Origin: Centroscyllium fabricii
Taxonomy: Eukaryota
Assembly: GCA_051313645.2 (NCBI GenBank)
Contig: JBNRSN020000032.1
Coordinates: 30,256,001-30,320,000 of the forward strand
DNA: 64,000 bases
Reading direction: 5' to 3'
Part shown: in pieces, positions 35,816 through 48,699 of the stretch
Layout: the number at the start of each line of letters is the position of its first letter
Position numbering within the stretch: position 1 is the first letter of the stretch
Made by a program: the position numbers and the translations under genes
Notes under the pieces: model-generated
Told to the model about the DNA's origin: nothing
What the model saw: only the letters and a program-made list of their open reading frames with translations
Database searches by the model: none

Positions 35816-36945
35816 NNNNNNNNNNNNNNNNNNNNNNNNNNNNNNNNNNNNNNNNNNNNNNNNNNNNNNNNNNNNNNNNNNNNNNNNNNNNNNNNNNNNN
35901 NNNNNNNNNNNNNNNNNNNNNNNNNNNNNNNNNNNNNNNNNNNNNNNNNNNNNNNNNNNNNNNNNNNNNNNNNNNNNNNNNNNNNNNNNNNNNNNNNGGC
36001 GGGGTTGGTCAGGTCCCTGCAATAGCGTGATGTCACATCCGTGAGAATTATATGCACATTTGTATTGAATTTGTAGTGTATATGTACAACTTGTTTAAAT
36101 ATAGGCTGCTAAAAAAAATTGCCTCATTACACTACCTACATTTTCTGTCCTAGTTACTTTGCTGTGCTCCCACCCTGCGTCTCCCCAGATTCAGTTTAGA
36201 AAATATGGTCACCTTACTTTAAAGGCTGTGCGGCCCATCCACAACTTTACAATTTAACACTGAAAAAGCCAGTCCCAGGCTGCGCGGGACCGGCAGAGGA
36301 ACGTTGGTCAAGAGTACAAAAAATTACTTCACCTGAAGGCAGAAGATTGCAGTACAGTTTCATGGGTGAACGGTCAATGTTTATATAACCTGTTCAATGA
36401 GTGTTTACTGGTTGCTCAACAATAGGGGTCACCAAACTGAGTTTAGTCCTCCTGGCCTCATCAACAGGCCACAAAAAAAAACATTTTCCAACAGAGGTCA
36501 CTGATAGTCATCAGGATTGAGGACCATCAATGTTTTCTCTCCTAACTGAAGATGCTGAGGCCAGTTGTAGCGGCTGTAGCAGTGCTGCCCTGCCAGTGAT
36601 CAAACCTAGGATCTTCCTGGTTTGTGGAGGTCAAGTGCTGGTGCAAGTCGCTGAATGGTAAAACAATTCATTAACTACTGGATTCTTAATAAAATGCTCT
36701 AACGTTGTCTTTTTGAATTCCTTACAAGTGATGGCAATGGTTTGTGCAAAATCCAATCAATCAATCAGTCATGCACCAGGAATTATGCTTCATCAGTTTA
36801 TGACAAATCTAATTAGCACTCATTGAAGGGTTCACAGTGCTGGGGTCAACTACATGCAAGTTAAATTCTGCTGCTTTTACTTGGAAGGATTGCTAGCTTC
36901 AAATTGTGTCTACACAATGGAATTCGCAAACTGTTTGTGCAATAC

Positions 36946-39900
36946 ATAGAAACATAGAAGATAGGAGCAGGAGTAGGCCATTCGGCCCCTCGAGCCTGCT
37001 CCGCCATTCAATGAGATCATGGCTGATCATCCAAACTCAGTACCCTGTCCCTGCTTTCTCCCCATATCCCTTGATCCCTCTAGCCTTAAGAAATACATCC
37101 AGCTCCTTCTTGAATATATTCAATGAACTAGCCTCCACCGCCCTCTGTGGCAGAGAATTCCACAGGTTCACCACTCTCTCGGTGAAGAAATTCCTCCTCA
37201 TCTCTGTCCTAAATGAGTTACCCCTTATCCTTAGACTATGACCCCTGGTTCTGGATGGTATGACCCCTGGTTCTGGACTCTCCCATCATCAGGAACATTC
37301 TTCCTGCATCAAGTTTGTCCAGACCAGTTAGAATTTTATACGTTTTGATGAGATCCCCTCTCAACCTTCTAAACTCCAGAGAGTATAAACCCAGTCTACC
37401 CAGTCTCTCCTTATACGTCAATCCTGCCATCCCAGGTATCAGCCTGGTGAATCTTCTCTGCACTCCCTCCATGGCAAGAACGTCCTTCTTTAGATACGAC
37501 GACCAAAATTGCACAGTACTCAAGGTGTGGTCTCACCAAGGCCCTGTACAACTGCAGCAAGACTTCCCTGTTCCTGTACTCAAACCCTTTCGCTATGAAA
37601 GCCAACTTTTGCCTTCTTAACCACCTGCTGCACCTGTATGCTCACCTTCAGTGACTGGTGCACAAGGACACCCAGGTCTCGTACTTCCCCTTCTGCCAAT
37701 CTATTGCCATTCAGATAATGGTCGGCATTTCTGTTTTTGCCCCCAAAGTGGATAACCTCGCATTTATCCACATTATATTGCATCTGCCACGTCTCAGCCC
37801 ACTCGCCCAACCTGTCCAAATCATACTGGAGCTTCCTGGTATCCTCCTCGCAGCACACACGCCCTCGCAGCTTTGTGTCATCTGCAAACTTGGAGACATT
37901 ACATTTAGTTCCCTTTTCTAAATCATTAATGTATATTGTGAATAGCTGGGGTGCCAGGACTGATCCCTGCGGTACCCTCTAGTCACTGCCTGCCACCCGG
38001 AAAAGACCCATTTACTCCTACTCTCTGCTTTCTGTCCGCCAACCAGTTCTCAATCTAAGTCAATACCTTGCCCCCAATCCTATGTGCCCTAACTTTACAT
38101 GCTAATCTCTTGTCTGGGATCTTGTCGAACGCCTTCTGAAAGTCCAAGTACACCACATCTACTGGTTCTCCCTGATCAATTTTCCCAGTTACATCCTCAA
38201 AAAATTCCAGTAGATTAGCCAAGCACGATTTACCTTTTGTAAATCCATGTTGACTTTGTCCGATCCTGCCACTGATTTTCAAGTGCTCAGCTATTACATC
38301 CTTTATTATGGACTCCAGCATCTTCCCCACTACCGATGTCAGGCGTACTGGTCTGTAATTTCCCGCTTTCTCCCTACCACCCTTTTTGAATAGTGGGGAA
38401 ACATTAGCCACCCTCCAATCTATGGGTACAATTCCAGATTCCATCGATTGCTGGAAGATAATCAGTAATGCATCCACTATTTCTAGGGCCACTTCCTTAA
38501 GTACCCTAGGATGTAGATTATCAGGCCCTGGGGATTTATCGGCCTTTAATCCCATCAATTTCCCTAACACCATTTCCCTGCAAATACGGATTTCTTTCAG
38601 TTCCTCCCTTTCATCAAACCTTATGTTCCCCAATATCTCTGGGAGATTACTTGTGTCCTCCTTTGTGAAGACAGAACCAAAATATGCATTTAATTGGTCT
38701 GTCATTTCTTTGTTCCCCATTATCACCTCCCCGGCTTCTGACTAAGGGGCCTACACTTGATTTCGCTAATCTTTTTCTCTTCACATATCTATAAAAGCTC
38801 AGTTTTTATGTTCTCTGAAAGCTTACTTTCATATTCTATTTTCCCCTTCTTAATTAATCCCTTTGTCCTCCTTTGTTGAATCCTAAACTGTTCCCAATCC
38901 TCAGGGTTACCGCTTTTTTTGGTCAGTTTATATGCCCTTTCCTTTGATCTTATGCTATCCCTAATTTCTCTCGTCAGCCACGGTTGAGTTACCCTTTTTG
39001 TTTTATTCTTGTGCCACACTGGGATGAACTTCTGTAGTTCATCCATGCAGCCTTTGAATATTTGCCATTGCCTATTTACTGTCAACCCTTTGAGTGACAT
39101 TCCCCAGTCAATCCTACCTAATGCACACCTCATACCATCATAGTTTCCCTTATTTAGATTCAGGACCCTAGTCTCTGATTCCACTACCTCACTCTCCATC
39201 CTAATGAGGAATTCTATCATGTTATGATCACTCAGACCCAAGGGGCCCCATACCACAAGATCAGTAATTACTCCTTTCTCATTACATAATACCCAGCCTA
39301 GGATGGCCTGGTCTCTGGTTGGTTCCTCGACATATTGTTCCAAAAAACCGTCCCGTAGACATTCTAGGAATTCCTCAACAGTATTTTTACTAATTTGATT
39401 AGCCCAGTCGATATGTAAATTAAAGTCCCCCATGATGACTGCTGTGCCCTTACTGCAAGCTTCTCCAATTTCCTTTTTAATGCCATTCCCAACCTCCATA
39501 TTACTGTTTGGAGGTCTGTATACCACTCCCACTAATGTTTTCTGACCCTTGTTATTTCTCAGTTCTACCCATACAGACTCCACATCATCAGAGTTAATAT
39601 CCTTCCTTTCAATTGTGTTGATCGCCTCCTTAACCAGCAATGCTACCCCACCACCCTTTCCTTTTTGTCTATCTTTCCTAAATATTGAGTACCCCTGGAT
39701 GTTGAGTTCCCAGTCATGGTCACCCTGAAGCCATGTTTCTGTAATCCCAATCAAATAATCATTTACCTCTATTTGTGCCGCTAATTCATCTACCTTGTTC
39801 CGAATGCTCCTTGCATTAAGACACAAGGCCTTCAGGCTTGTTTTTTTTAATGCTTTCAGCTCTGTATGTATTACTATTCCCTGTGGCCATGTTTGATTTA

Positions 39901-40180
39901 AACTGCTGTGTTCTTTGCCTTATGCTTTTTTTTTTTAAATCTCCTTCTTGCCTTTTACTTTTATTGTTGATCCCCTTTCCTCTGTCCCTCTGTTCCCAAC
40001 CCCCTGCCATTTTGGTTTAAATCCTCCCCCACAGCACTAGCAAACACTCCCCCTAGGACATTAGCTCCAGCCCTGCCCAGGTGCAGACCGTCCGGTTTGT
40101 ACAGGTCCCACCTCTCCCAGAACCAGTTCCAATGTCCCAAAAACTTGAATCCCTCCCCCTTGCACCAATCTTCCAGCCAC
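36946..40180 (-). mobile_element. 5'-truncated decayed CR1 LINE, same subfamily as 22377-26707
   Basis: Closely collinear with the 22.4-25.5 kb copy; endonuclease and RT ORF fragments; (TTTCTATG) tail. Confidence 0.93.
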
Positions 40181-40469
40181 ATTCTTTTACTCTTTTTGGC
40201 CCAACACACATGTTGGATTTGGCACTTGCATCCCATTAAGCGGATATTGCCAGTAATGAGATCTATAAACACAAAAGTTTGAAAACAAAGTAATAGTTAT
40301 AATTTAAACTGATCAAGATGCTCATAGTATATTTTATTACAGATATTAATCAAAAGGCTACAGTAATACAAGTATGAAAATCTGTTGGGTAAAAGGCTGA
40401 ATAGCCACTTCTGCAATGATAGACAGCACTGCACTATGTCGGCATTCTTCTCCTTTCACATTAGAAGGT

Positions 40470-40996
40470 ACAGCACAGCGCAACACAGCACAGCGCAACG
40501 CAACACAGCGCAACACAGCACAGCACAGCACAGCGCAACACAGCGCAACACAGCGCAACACAGCACAGCACAGCGCAACACAGCACAGCACAGCGCAACA
40601 CAGCACAGCACAGCGCAGCACAGCGCAACACAGCACAGCACAGCGCAACACAGCACAGCACAGCACAACACAGCACAGCACAGCGCAACACAGCACAGCA
40701 CAGCGCAACACAGCACAGCACAGCGCAACACAGCACAGCACAGCGCAACACAGCACAGCACAGCGCAACACAGCACAGCACAGCGCAGCACAGCACAACA
40801 CAGCACAACACAGCACAGCACAGCGCAACACAGCACAGCGCAACACAGCACAACACAGCACAGCGCAACACAGCACAACACAGCACAACACAGCACAACA
40901 CAGCACAACACAGCACAACACAGCACAACACAGCACAGCACAGCACAGCACAACACAGCACAACACAGCACAACACAGCACAACACAGCGCAGCAC
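40470..40996. repeat. Pentanucleotide satellite (CACAG/CGCAA/CACAA)n
   Basis: Directly visible compound 5-mer array. Confidence 0.97.
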
Positions 40997-42498
40997 CATC
41001 AAACAAGCCAGGTTAATGGATTATTCGGAGGTCACAGAGACACAAATGATTCATGTCACATGTCATATACTAAATTGGATCAACTGAATAATGAAAATTA
41101 TCTGATAAAACTGGAATGTCAAACAAGGGAGGAAGCAACCTTTATACTTGTACATCTCAGAATATTAAACAGAGGTCCATTTACATTAAGCCAATTTCCT
41201 GTCAGACACACATTGTACACTGTGCATTATAGTCCATGACTATTGACCTGAAAATGAAGTAGAAGCCTTTATCTTTGAAGAACACACTCATGTGTGTCCA
41301 TTTTGAAAGGCGAGAAGCATTGTTTTTATAATCCCATCGTTCCTCATCCTAAAACTTTTGTTCGGGATACATACTGTATCCATAGAATTATATTCTGAAA
41401 CAGTCGGATATAAATACTAAATAAAGGGGCCTGATCACTGGTAAAGAATCTGTGAACAACCATGGTAACAGATTAAAACTGTTGCCAATAGAAACAACAA
41501 CTGGTTCAGCAGTACAATGTTTGAAAGGTTGAGAAGTTTCAAGAAGCAGCTTTGATCCTAACATCCACACTTTACATACTTCAGAAACAGCACTAATGAA
41601 AGGATTGCAGCTCAGTCAATGCCATCTGTTGTTCAGAGCAGACAATTTTTTCATAAGCGCCAGGCGCTAATGAATCTCGCTGCATGCTCAGTGTCATCGC
41701 TCAAAGAAAGGATGGGAGCGCTAAATCAAGTGCTAATAACCTAGCCCAGCGACATTAGACTCAAAGCGCTAAGCAATTTCAGGTGCAGTCTAATCGCTAG
41801 TCATCATTACCACAGGCTCTTTCCAGTTCTTAAAGGGGAGGTTCAGTCATGCTGCAGAGCCTCATTCTCAGCATTGCCATTTCTGCAGCTGTCTCAGCAA
41901 GCAGCAGAAGGCCAAGGAGAAGGAGCCGGACTGCTGAAGGAGATGTCATTATGGCAGAGCAATGTCCCAGGGAGAAAGCTCGCAGATTCTATGACCAAGC
42001 ATTGGAGGCGTTGGTCTTCGCTGTGGAGAGATGGCGGGCAGTGTTGTACCTGGCAGGAGGCCCTCACCGCAAGCCTTCTGCATCATATGGAGGGAGGTAG
42101 CCCAGCAGGTCTCAGGCAGAACTGCAGTCCCCAGGACCCACACACAGTGCAGGAAGAAATTTAATGACATTACTCAGGTGGTCAGGGTGAGTCAATGCCT
42201 CAGAAATGTTACATACCACTGTGGCGACACGCCCACCGGCAGCCACGAACCCGCGCTGGGAAGGCTGCAAAGCGGCCCCGCCCGTCGGAGGACGCACGGA
42301 CTTCCCCGACGTGATGACGTCACCAGGTGGCCAGCCGGCAGTGACGTCCCCAGCGGCGGGACCTTTAAATACCTGAGCACCAGGTGGCTCAGTCTCTTTC
42401 TCCCTCTCTGGCCCTAGCTGTAACAAGTAGTTAATAAAAACTCTGCTTTTAAACCCTCTGTGTCCAGCGTGGTCCTTCAGCCTTGCAGGCCTCAACAC

Positions 42499-42510
42499 TG
42501 GTGACCCCGA
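42499..42510 (+). promoter_or_regulatory. Primer-binding site complementary to the tRNA-Trp 3' end
   Basis: TGGTGACCCCGA one base after the 5' LTR. Confidence 0.85.
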
Positions 42511-42593
42511 TACCTGAGACGTTTCTCAGGTGAACAATGAAGCAGCCACTGCAGGACTGAGGGCCAAGCTGCCGCAGCCGAATCGCTACCACC

Positions 42594-45500
42594 ATGCCAG
42601 CAGCAAACGACTCAGCACGCCAAGGCAGACGGGGCCAAGTTTACCTCCCGGTCCCAACCATACCACAATTCTGGGAGCTCCGTCCAGCGGCTTGGTTTCG
42701 CAACACCGAGAACACCTTCCGCATCCATGGCGTGCACGCAGACGACCGCTACAGCCTGCTCTTCGCAGCCCTCGCACAGTCCACCATCGACAGAATGTGG
42801 GACACCATCGAGGAAGACACTTCTGCTGGCAGGTACGAATCGCTAAAGGCCGCGCTGCTCGCAAAATTTACCCCAACCATTTTCGAGCGCGATTGCCAGG
42901 TCATTAACCTCCCCGACCTGGGAGATGCAGACCCCACCGACTTGTGGGCCCAGTTCGAGGCGCTCAATCGCGACTCAGACACCCTTAAGCGCGCCCTCTA
43001 CCTCCTTAAGCTGCCGCCCTCCATCAGACCGACACTGACGGTCTTGGAGCACCTCTCAAACAGGCAGCTAGCTCAGGAGGCAGACAAGCTCATTAAGGCC
43101 GAGCGCACCCGCGCCACCATGCACCGCCACGCTGCCGCTCAACAAGAGCAGCACCAACCACAACCCCGGCCCCAACTCAGAGCCGCGCGGACCCACAAAA
43201 AGCCACGCACCGCGGCAACCGGCTGGTGCTACTACCATACCAGGTTTGAGGCCAAAGCGCAGCGCTGCGTTCCGCCCTGCAACTTCAAACCCCAAACCTG
43301 CCCCAGCCCCACCATGTGCGTCGGCCGCTCCGGAGCGCTGCTCTTCGTTACAGACAGTGTCTCAGGCCTCCGTTTCCTCTGCGACACAGGCGCGCAGCAC
43401 AGCATCGTGCCAGCCTCCCCCGCAGAATCCAAGCAGGGCACCCAAGGCCCACCACTCGAAGCCGCAAACGGCTCCGAGATACTCACGTTCGGTACCCGCC
43501 AGCTTACCATTAAACTAGCAGGCCACAGGTATACGTGGGACTTCATCACCGCGCAGGTTAACACGCCCCTACTCGGAGCCGACTTTCTGTGCGCCCACGG
43601 GCTCCTTGTCGATGTTACCCGGCGCCGCCTGGTCGACATCCAAATCATGTCGACCATTCCGTGCTCCACAGCCCCAGCACACCAGACCCACGCGGCAGCT
43701 CACTGCCGGGCCCGCAACTCCGACACGTACGCCACGCTGCTCGCCGAGTTCCCCACCCTAACCAACCCCACCTTCACAGCCCGCTCCGCCAAGCACGGCG
43801 TAGAGCACCACATCACCACCACAGGCCCCCCGGTCCACGCCCACGCACGCAGGCTGGACCCGGCCAAGCTAGAGATCGCTCGAGCCGAGTTCCACATCAT
43901 GGAACAGCTCGGCATCATCCGCCGCTCCAGCAGCCCCTGGGCCTCCCCTCTCCACATTGCCCCCAAACCCGATGGCGGCTGGCGTCCCTGCGGAGACTAC
44001 CGCCGCCTCAACAACGCCACCACCCCGGATAGGTACCCAGTCCCCCACATCCAGGATTTTTCCGTGAGGCTAGCCGGCTGCACGGTCTTTTCAAAGATCG
44101 ACCTGGTACGGGGCTACCACCAAGTTCCAGTGCACCCGGCGGATGTCCCTAAGACAGCCGTCATCACCCCATTCGGCCTATTCGAATTTCTCCGGATGCC
44201 CTTCGGACTCAAAAACGCGGCCCAGGCTTTCCAGCGCCTCATGGACTCAGTCCTCCGGGACCTCCAGTTCACATTCGTCTATCTCGACGACATCCTGGTG
44301 GCCAGCGCCTCCCCCCGGGAACACCTCATCCACCTCAGAACCCTTTTTAAACGCCTGGCCGACCACGGCCTCATATTAAGCCCCTCCAAGTGCCGATTCG
44401 GCCTCGAGGCTATTGACTTCCTCGGCCACCACATCTCCCACACCGGGGCCATACCCCTGCCCTCCAAGGTGCAGGCGGTCCAGGAATTCCCCCGCCCGCA
44501 CTCCATCAAGGGGCTGCAGGAATTCCTTGGAATGGTTAATTTTTACAACCGTTTCATCCCCGGCGCAGCCGCCCTCATGGCCCCCCTCTACCAGGCCACC
44601 CACGGGCAATCAAACAAGACCGCGGTCGAGTGGACGGCCGAAGCCGCCACCACTTTCACCGCAACCAAAACGGCCCTTGCCAAAGCCACCCTCCTCAGCC
44701 ACCCCAGGCACAACGCCAGAGTAGCCCTCACCACCGACGCCTCCGACCACGCTGTCGGAGCAGTCTTCGAGCAGTGGTCGGGCGACTCATGGCAACCACT
44801 GGCCTTTTTCAGCCGCCGCCTCCGGCCCCCAGAGGTCAAGTACAGCGCCTTCGATAGGGAGCTACTCGCTCTCTACCTCGCAGTGCGCCACTTCCGCTTC
44901 CTTTTAGAGTGCCGCCACTTTACAGCATTTGTGGACCACAAACCATTAGTCTCCGCAATGGCTAAGCTCTCCGAACCCTGGTCGGCCAGGCAGCAGCGCC
45001 AGCTCGCGGCCGTGTCCGAGTTCACGACCGACATCCAGCACATTGCCGGCCGCGACAACGTGGTCGCCGACTGCCTCTCACGACCCGCCATTCACAAGCC
45101 CAACCCCGACCACCCCGCGGGCCCCGCCATCAGCAGCGCAGGCACAACCGGCACCCAAACCGCCGACCACCCCCCAACCCCAGCCACCAACCGCGCCTGC
45201 GCACACTGCTGCGCATTCCCAACCACCAACACTGTCCAGACCGCGGTCGACTACGTCAAAATGGCGGCCGACCAACTCAGCGATCCCGACCTCCTCGACC
45301 CCACCAACAAACTTCCCGGCCTACTCTTGGCCACCGTAGCACATGGACCCACAGCCACCGCGGTCTGCTGCGACGCCACCCTGCCCCAACCCAGGCCCGT
45401 GGTGCCCCCCGCGTGGAGGCAGCACATCTTCCAGACCCTCCACGGCCTCTCCCACCCCGGCGTCCGCGCATCCACCAAGCTCATCTCTGCGCGATTCGTT

Positions 45501-46541
45501 TGGCGCGGCCTAAAACAAGATGTCCGCGCCTGGACCACCTCGTGCAATGCCTGCCAGCGAGCCAAGGTGCACAAACACATCAAAGCACCGCTCCAACCAA
45601 TCGCCATCCCAGCCAGACGCTTCAGCCACGTGCACATCGACCTGGTTGGACCACTACCCCCATCACGTGGACACTCGTACCTCCTCACAATGGTCGACCG
45701 CACCACCCGCTGGCCTGAAGCGGTCCCCCTCAACACGACCACCACCGCCGAACTGGCCAGGGCCTTCATCGCCACCTGGGTCGCCCGCTTCGGCGTCCCC
45801 AACGACATTACTTCAGACAGGGGCCCCCAATTCACTTCAACTCTATGGTCAACCATCGCTCACGACCTTGGGGTAACCCTGCACCGAACCACTGCCTACC
45901 ACCCGCAAGCCAACGGCCTCTGCGAACGGTTCCACCGAACTTTTAAAACATCCCTGCGGGCCAGCCTCCAGGACGCAACCTGGACGGACCGCCTGCCCTG
46001 GGTAATGCTCGGCCTCCGCACAGCGGCCAAAGAAGATCTACACGCCTCGGCAGCCGAACTCGTTTACGGCCAACCACTAACCGTACCAGGCGAGTTCGTC
46101 GCAGAAACAAACGAACCCTGGTCGGCCGAGCGCTGCCTCAGGGAATTCAACAACCAGGCAGCAGAATTCAAACCACTTCCGGTGGCCCGCCACGGTCAAC
46201 CGGCGACACGCGTCCCCAACACCATTCAGGACGCCAAGTACGTGTTTGTCCGCCATGACTCTCACAACACACCGCTGCAGGCACCGTACGACGGGCCATT
46301 CAGAGTGCTTCGGGCGGGACCCAAGACTTTTGACATTCAAATGGGCAACAGAACTGAGACCGTATCCATTGACCGGCTCAAACCAGCACACGTAATGGCG
46401 GGCGAGACAACAGTCCCCGCACAACCACCTAAACGCGGCCGCCCTACCGCACCAAAACCCGCCCACACTCCCACACAGACCAACAAGCAACACATCACAC
46501 GTGCCGGCCGTACCATCAGGCCACCTAAGCGCCTCGCCTGA
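42594..46541 (+). CDS. Gag-Pol polyprotein (1315 aa)
   Basis: CHCC gag motif CYYH...C...C, LCDTGA protease, YLDD RT, TDASD RNase H, HHCC + DDE integrase, GPF C-terminal module. No stops. Confidence 0.96.
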   Translation: MPAANDSARQGRRGQVYLPVPTIPQFWELRPAAWFRNTENTFRIHGVHADDRYSLLFAALAQSTIDRMWDTIEEDTSAGRYESLKAALLAKFTPTIFERDCQVINLPDLGDADPTDLWAQFEALNRDSDTLKRALYLLKLPPSIRPTLTVLEHLSNRQLAQEADKLIKAERTRATMHRHAAAQQEQHQPQPRPQLRAARTHKKPRTAATGWCYYHTRFEAKAQRCVPPCNFKPQTCPSPTMCVGRSGALLFVTDSVSGLRFLCDTGAQHSIVPASPAESKQGTQGPPLEAANGSEILTFGTRQLTIKLAGHRYTWDFITAQVNTPLLGADFLCAHGLLVDVTRRRLVDIQIMSTIPCSTAPAHQTHAAAHCRARNSDTYATLLAEFPTLTNPTFTARSAKHGVEHHITTTGPPVHAHARRLDPAKLEIARAEFHIMEQLGIIRRSSSPWASPLHIAPKPDGGWRPCGDYRRLNNATTPDRYPVPHIQDFSVRLAGCTVFSKIDLVRGYHQVPVHPADVPKTAVITPFGLFEFLRMPFGLKNAAQAFQRLMDSVLRDLQFTFVYLDDILVASASPREHLIHLRTLFKRLADHGLILSPSKCRFGLEAIDFLGHHISHTGAIPLPSKVQAVQEFPRPHSIKGLQEFLGMVNFYNRFIPGAAALMAPLYQATHGQSNKTAVEWTAEAATTFTATKTALAKATLLSHPRHNARVALTTDASDHAVGAVFEQWSGDSWQPLAFFSRRLRPPEVKYSAFDRELLALYLAVRHFRFLLECRHFTAFVDHKPLVSAMAKLSEPWSARQQRQLAAVSEFTTDIQHIAGRDNVVADCLSRPAIHKPNPDHPAGPAISSAGTTGTQTADHPPTPATNRACAHCCAFPTTNTVQTAVDYVKMAADQLSDPDLLDPTNKLPGLLLATVAHGPTATAVCCDATLPQPRPVVPPAWRQHIFQTLHGLSHPGVRASTKLISARFVWRGLKQDVRAWTTSCNACQRAKVHKHIKAPLQPIAIPARRFSHVHIDLVGPLPPSRGHSYLLTMVDRTTRWPEAVPLNTTTTAELARAFIATWVARFGVPNDITSDRGPQFTSTLWSTIAHDLGVTLHRTTAYHPQANGLCERFHRTFKTSLRASLQDATWTDRLPWVMLGLRTAAKEDLHASAAELVYGQPLTVPGEFVAETNEPWSAERCLREFNNQAAEFKPLPVARHGQPATRVPNTIQDAKYVFVRHDSHNTPLQAPYDGPFRVLRAGPKTFDIQMGNRTETVSIDRLKPAHVMAGETTVPAQPPKRGRPTAPKPAHTPTQTNKQHITRAGRTIRPPKRLA

Positions 46542-48699
46542 GGCGACACGGGCAGAGCATTGACGGCCCGCCACAACACCATCTTTCGAACCACGGAACA
46601 GCACACAACACCTGCCGGCCACAACACCAGGCCATTGCGGCAAACTGTCGGACATTCTGTGTGTAATCGAAATGTGTGTCTGCTCTCCTTTTTGTCTCCC
46701 TCTCCTCTAGGAAACTACACTTCCCCTCGCGGATTCTGGGGGGGAGCTGTGTGGCGACACGCCCACCGGCAGCCACGAACCCGTGCTGGGAAGGCTGCAA
46801 AGCGGCCCCGCCCGTCGGAGGACGCACGGACTTCCCCGACGTGATGACGTCACCAGGTGGCCAGCCGGCAGTGACGTCCCCAGCGGCGGGACCTTTAAAT
46901 ACCTGAGCACCAGGTGGCTCAGTCTCTTTCTCCCTCTCTGGCCCTAGCTGTAACAAGTAGTTAATAAAAACTCTGCTTTTAAACCCTCTGTGTCCAGCGT
47001 GGTCCTTCAGCCTTGCAGGCCTCAACACCACCATCTGAACCTCAGTCTGCACACACTGCCCAAAGCACCACACCCCCATTTCACCCACCAACAATCTGCA
47101 CCTACCAACACTCACCCATGTCTCACACCTTGCACACAATGACAGTTATTCAACTATGGCAGGCACATCTCCCAAACACATTGCGCCACACTCACTCACA
47201 CACTTTCCTCTCTCTTGCAGGCCAAAGTCGTTCACAACTTGAGGGAGCAGGAGCGCACAGGCGGGGGACAACCTGACTCCCAAAGGAAAGTATGCTGCAA
47301 ATCATTGGGCGCCGTGGCCACTGGGGACAACAAGGATATCTTCATCCCTACTCTTTTCTCACATCCCACTTCCGCCTCACGCCATAAACCTTTCCCACTT
47401 TCCAGCTAATTATGCTGTATGCATGCCTTTCTTCCTTCCTGCCCCCGTCCACTCACCTTAGCTCGACGCATTTATGTTTTCAGATAATGAGCAAGCAGCT
47501 GAGCAGCCTGTCCCTGAGCGAGGCGGAGGGAGGAGGACGAAGATCACACTGCGTCACTGCATGTCTCACCCACAGGCACCAGCTCAGATGCTGGCACTAC
47601 GCATTCTTTAGAGGCTAGTACAGTAGCAGGATCTGCACAGGGTGATGCACCAGGGACGAGCGGGCTGCAGCAAAGCCGGGGGGAAAGGGTTGCTTAGGAG
47701 TCAGCTCCCCGGAGGGCGAGTTCTGCTGTACATGACTCAGATGAGGGCCTCAATGGTGAGGCCTTTAGAAAGAGGGTGATGGGCATGCACACAGAGTTGA
47801 TAGGTGCAATGGCAAGGGTGCCAGAGTGGCTCTCAGCAATGGTATGGAGCGTGGAGCAGCCTGCCTCTAACATTTCACAGAGCTCTGCCCACACCATGTC
47901 TGCAAAGGATGGTGGACTCCCAGAGAGACTGTGGCGACCCAGATCTCATGCCGCATGTCAAAGGTGATGTCGCAGCTTCCATTGCAGCACAGGCGGAAAC
48001 CACGCAATGTCTTAGTGCTGTAATGCCATCTATGGCTAGTGCCATCGATTCTCAGACTGCTCTCATGCAGTCTCAACTTGATGCCACTTAAGCTCTGACT
48101 GCTGCCATCGTGGCAGAGTCGACCATCATCCACCATCCACCAGGGCTTTCACAGTGTCACATCAGGTCAGCAATCTGTGCACCAACAGATTGGTAGTAAT
48201 GCTGAGGTGCTGCCCCTGGGGAGTGGCAGTGGGTCAAATGGAGCAGGAAGTTGCTGTCCACGCTCAGGATGACAGCATTCCTGCTCCCACCTCTGGCATT
48301 CCGCCATTGCCCTTGTTGCTGCCAGTCATCCAGCCAGCCCAGACTGCTGCCCCCCATGCGGAGGTGGTGCAATCTACAGCCGGGCCTTCTTGGCCCCGAG
48401 CTGGTCGAGGGCAGCCTGCAAGGCCATCTGAAGTCTCCCGCATGGACTCTCCGCAGCCTTCCACCCGCTCTGCTGCAGCCACTAGGCCAACACTTCGCAG
48501 GAGCACTAGAGTAGGCAAAGGCACAGTAACAAAGGCACCAAGGGATTGCACAAGGGTGAATAGCTAATATTGTTGTAAATATGTGTTCACTGATTATGGA
48601 TAAATTTATTCATTGGCATTGGATAATTTCAGCTCTGCATGTGATATGGCCTGCGACAGGAATGAAATGATGGGGATGTGGTGAGCAATGGGGGTCTGG

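Larger units (their letters stand above)
42220..47027 (+). mobile_element. Intact, very young Gypsy LTR retrotransposon (CsRn1/Kabuki-like)
   Basis: 278-bp LTRs 42220-42497 and 46750-47027 with one difference seen. 4-bp TSD CCAC; tRNA-Trp-type PBS; G-rich PPT. Confidence 0.96.
41951..48560 (+). pseudogene. Harbinger Myb/SANT (trihelix) accessory gene, multi-exon, frameshifted
   Basis: RFYDQALEALV...WREVAQQVS...RTHTQCRKKFND, donor GTGAGT at 42187, acceptor at 47220, then AKVVHNLREQERTGGG in frame. Confidence 0.8.

Noticed and set aside
35620-36057. Gly/Glu/Arg-rich ORFs
   Set aside because: GA-rich simple repeat reading through an N gap.
40358-41239. Cys-rich and STAQH-repeat ORFs in several frames
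   Set aside because: Translations of a pentanucleotide satellite that lacks stop codons.
42749-47139. Many antisense and alternative-frame ORFs over the Gypsy elements
   Set aside because: Expected shadow ORFs of GC-rich coding sequence; no motifs, and no env-like gene seen.
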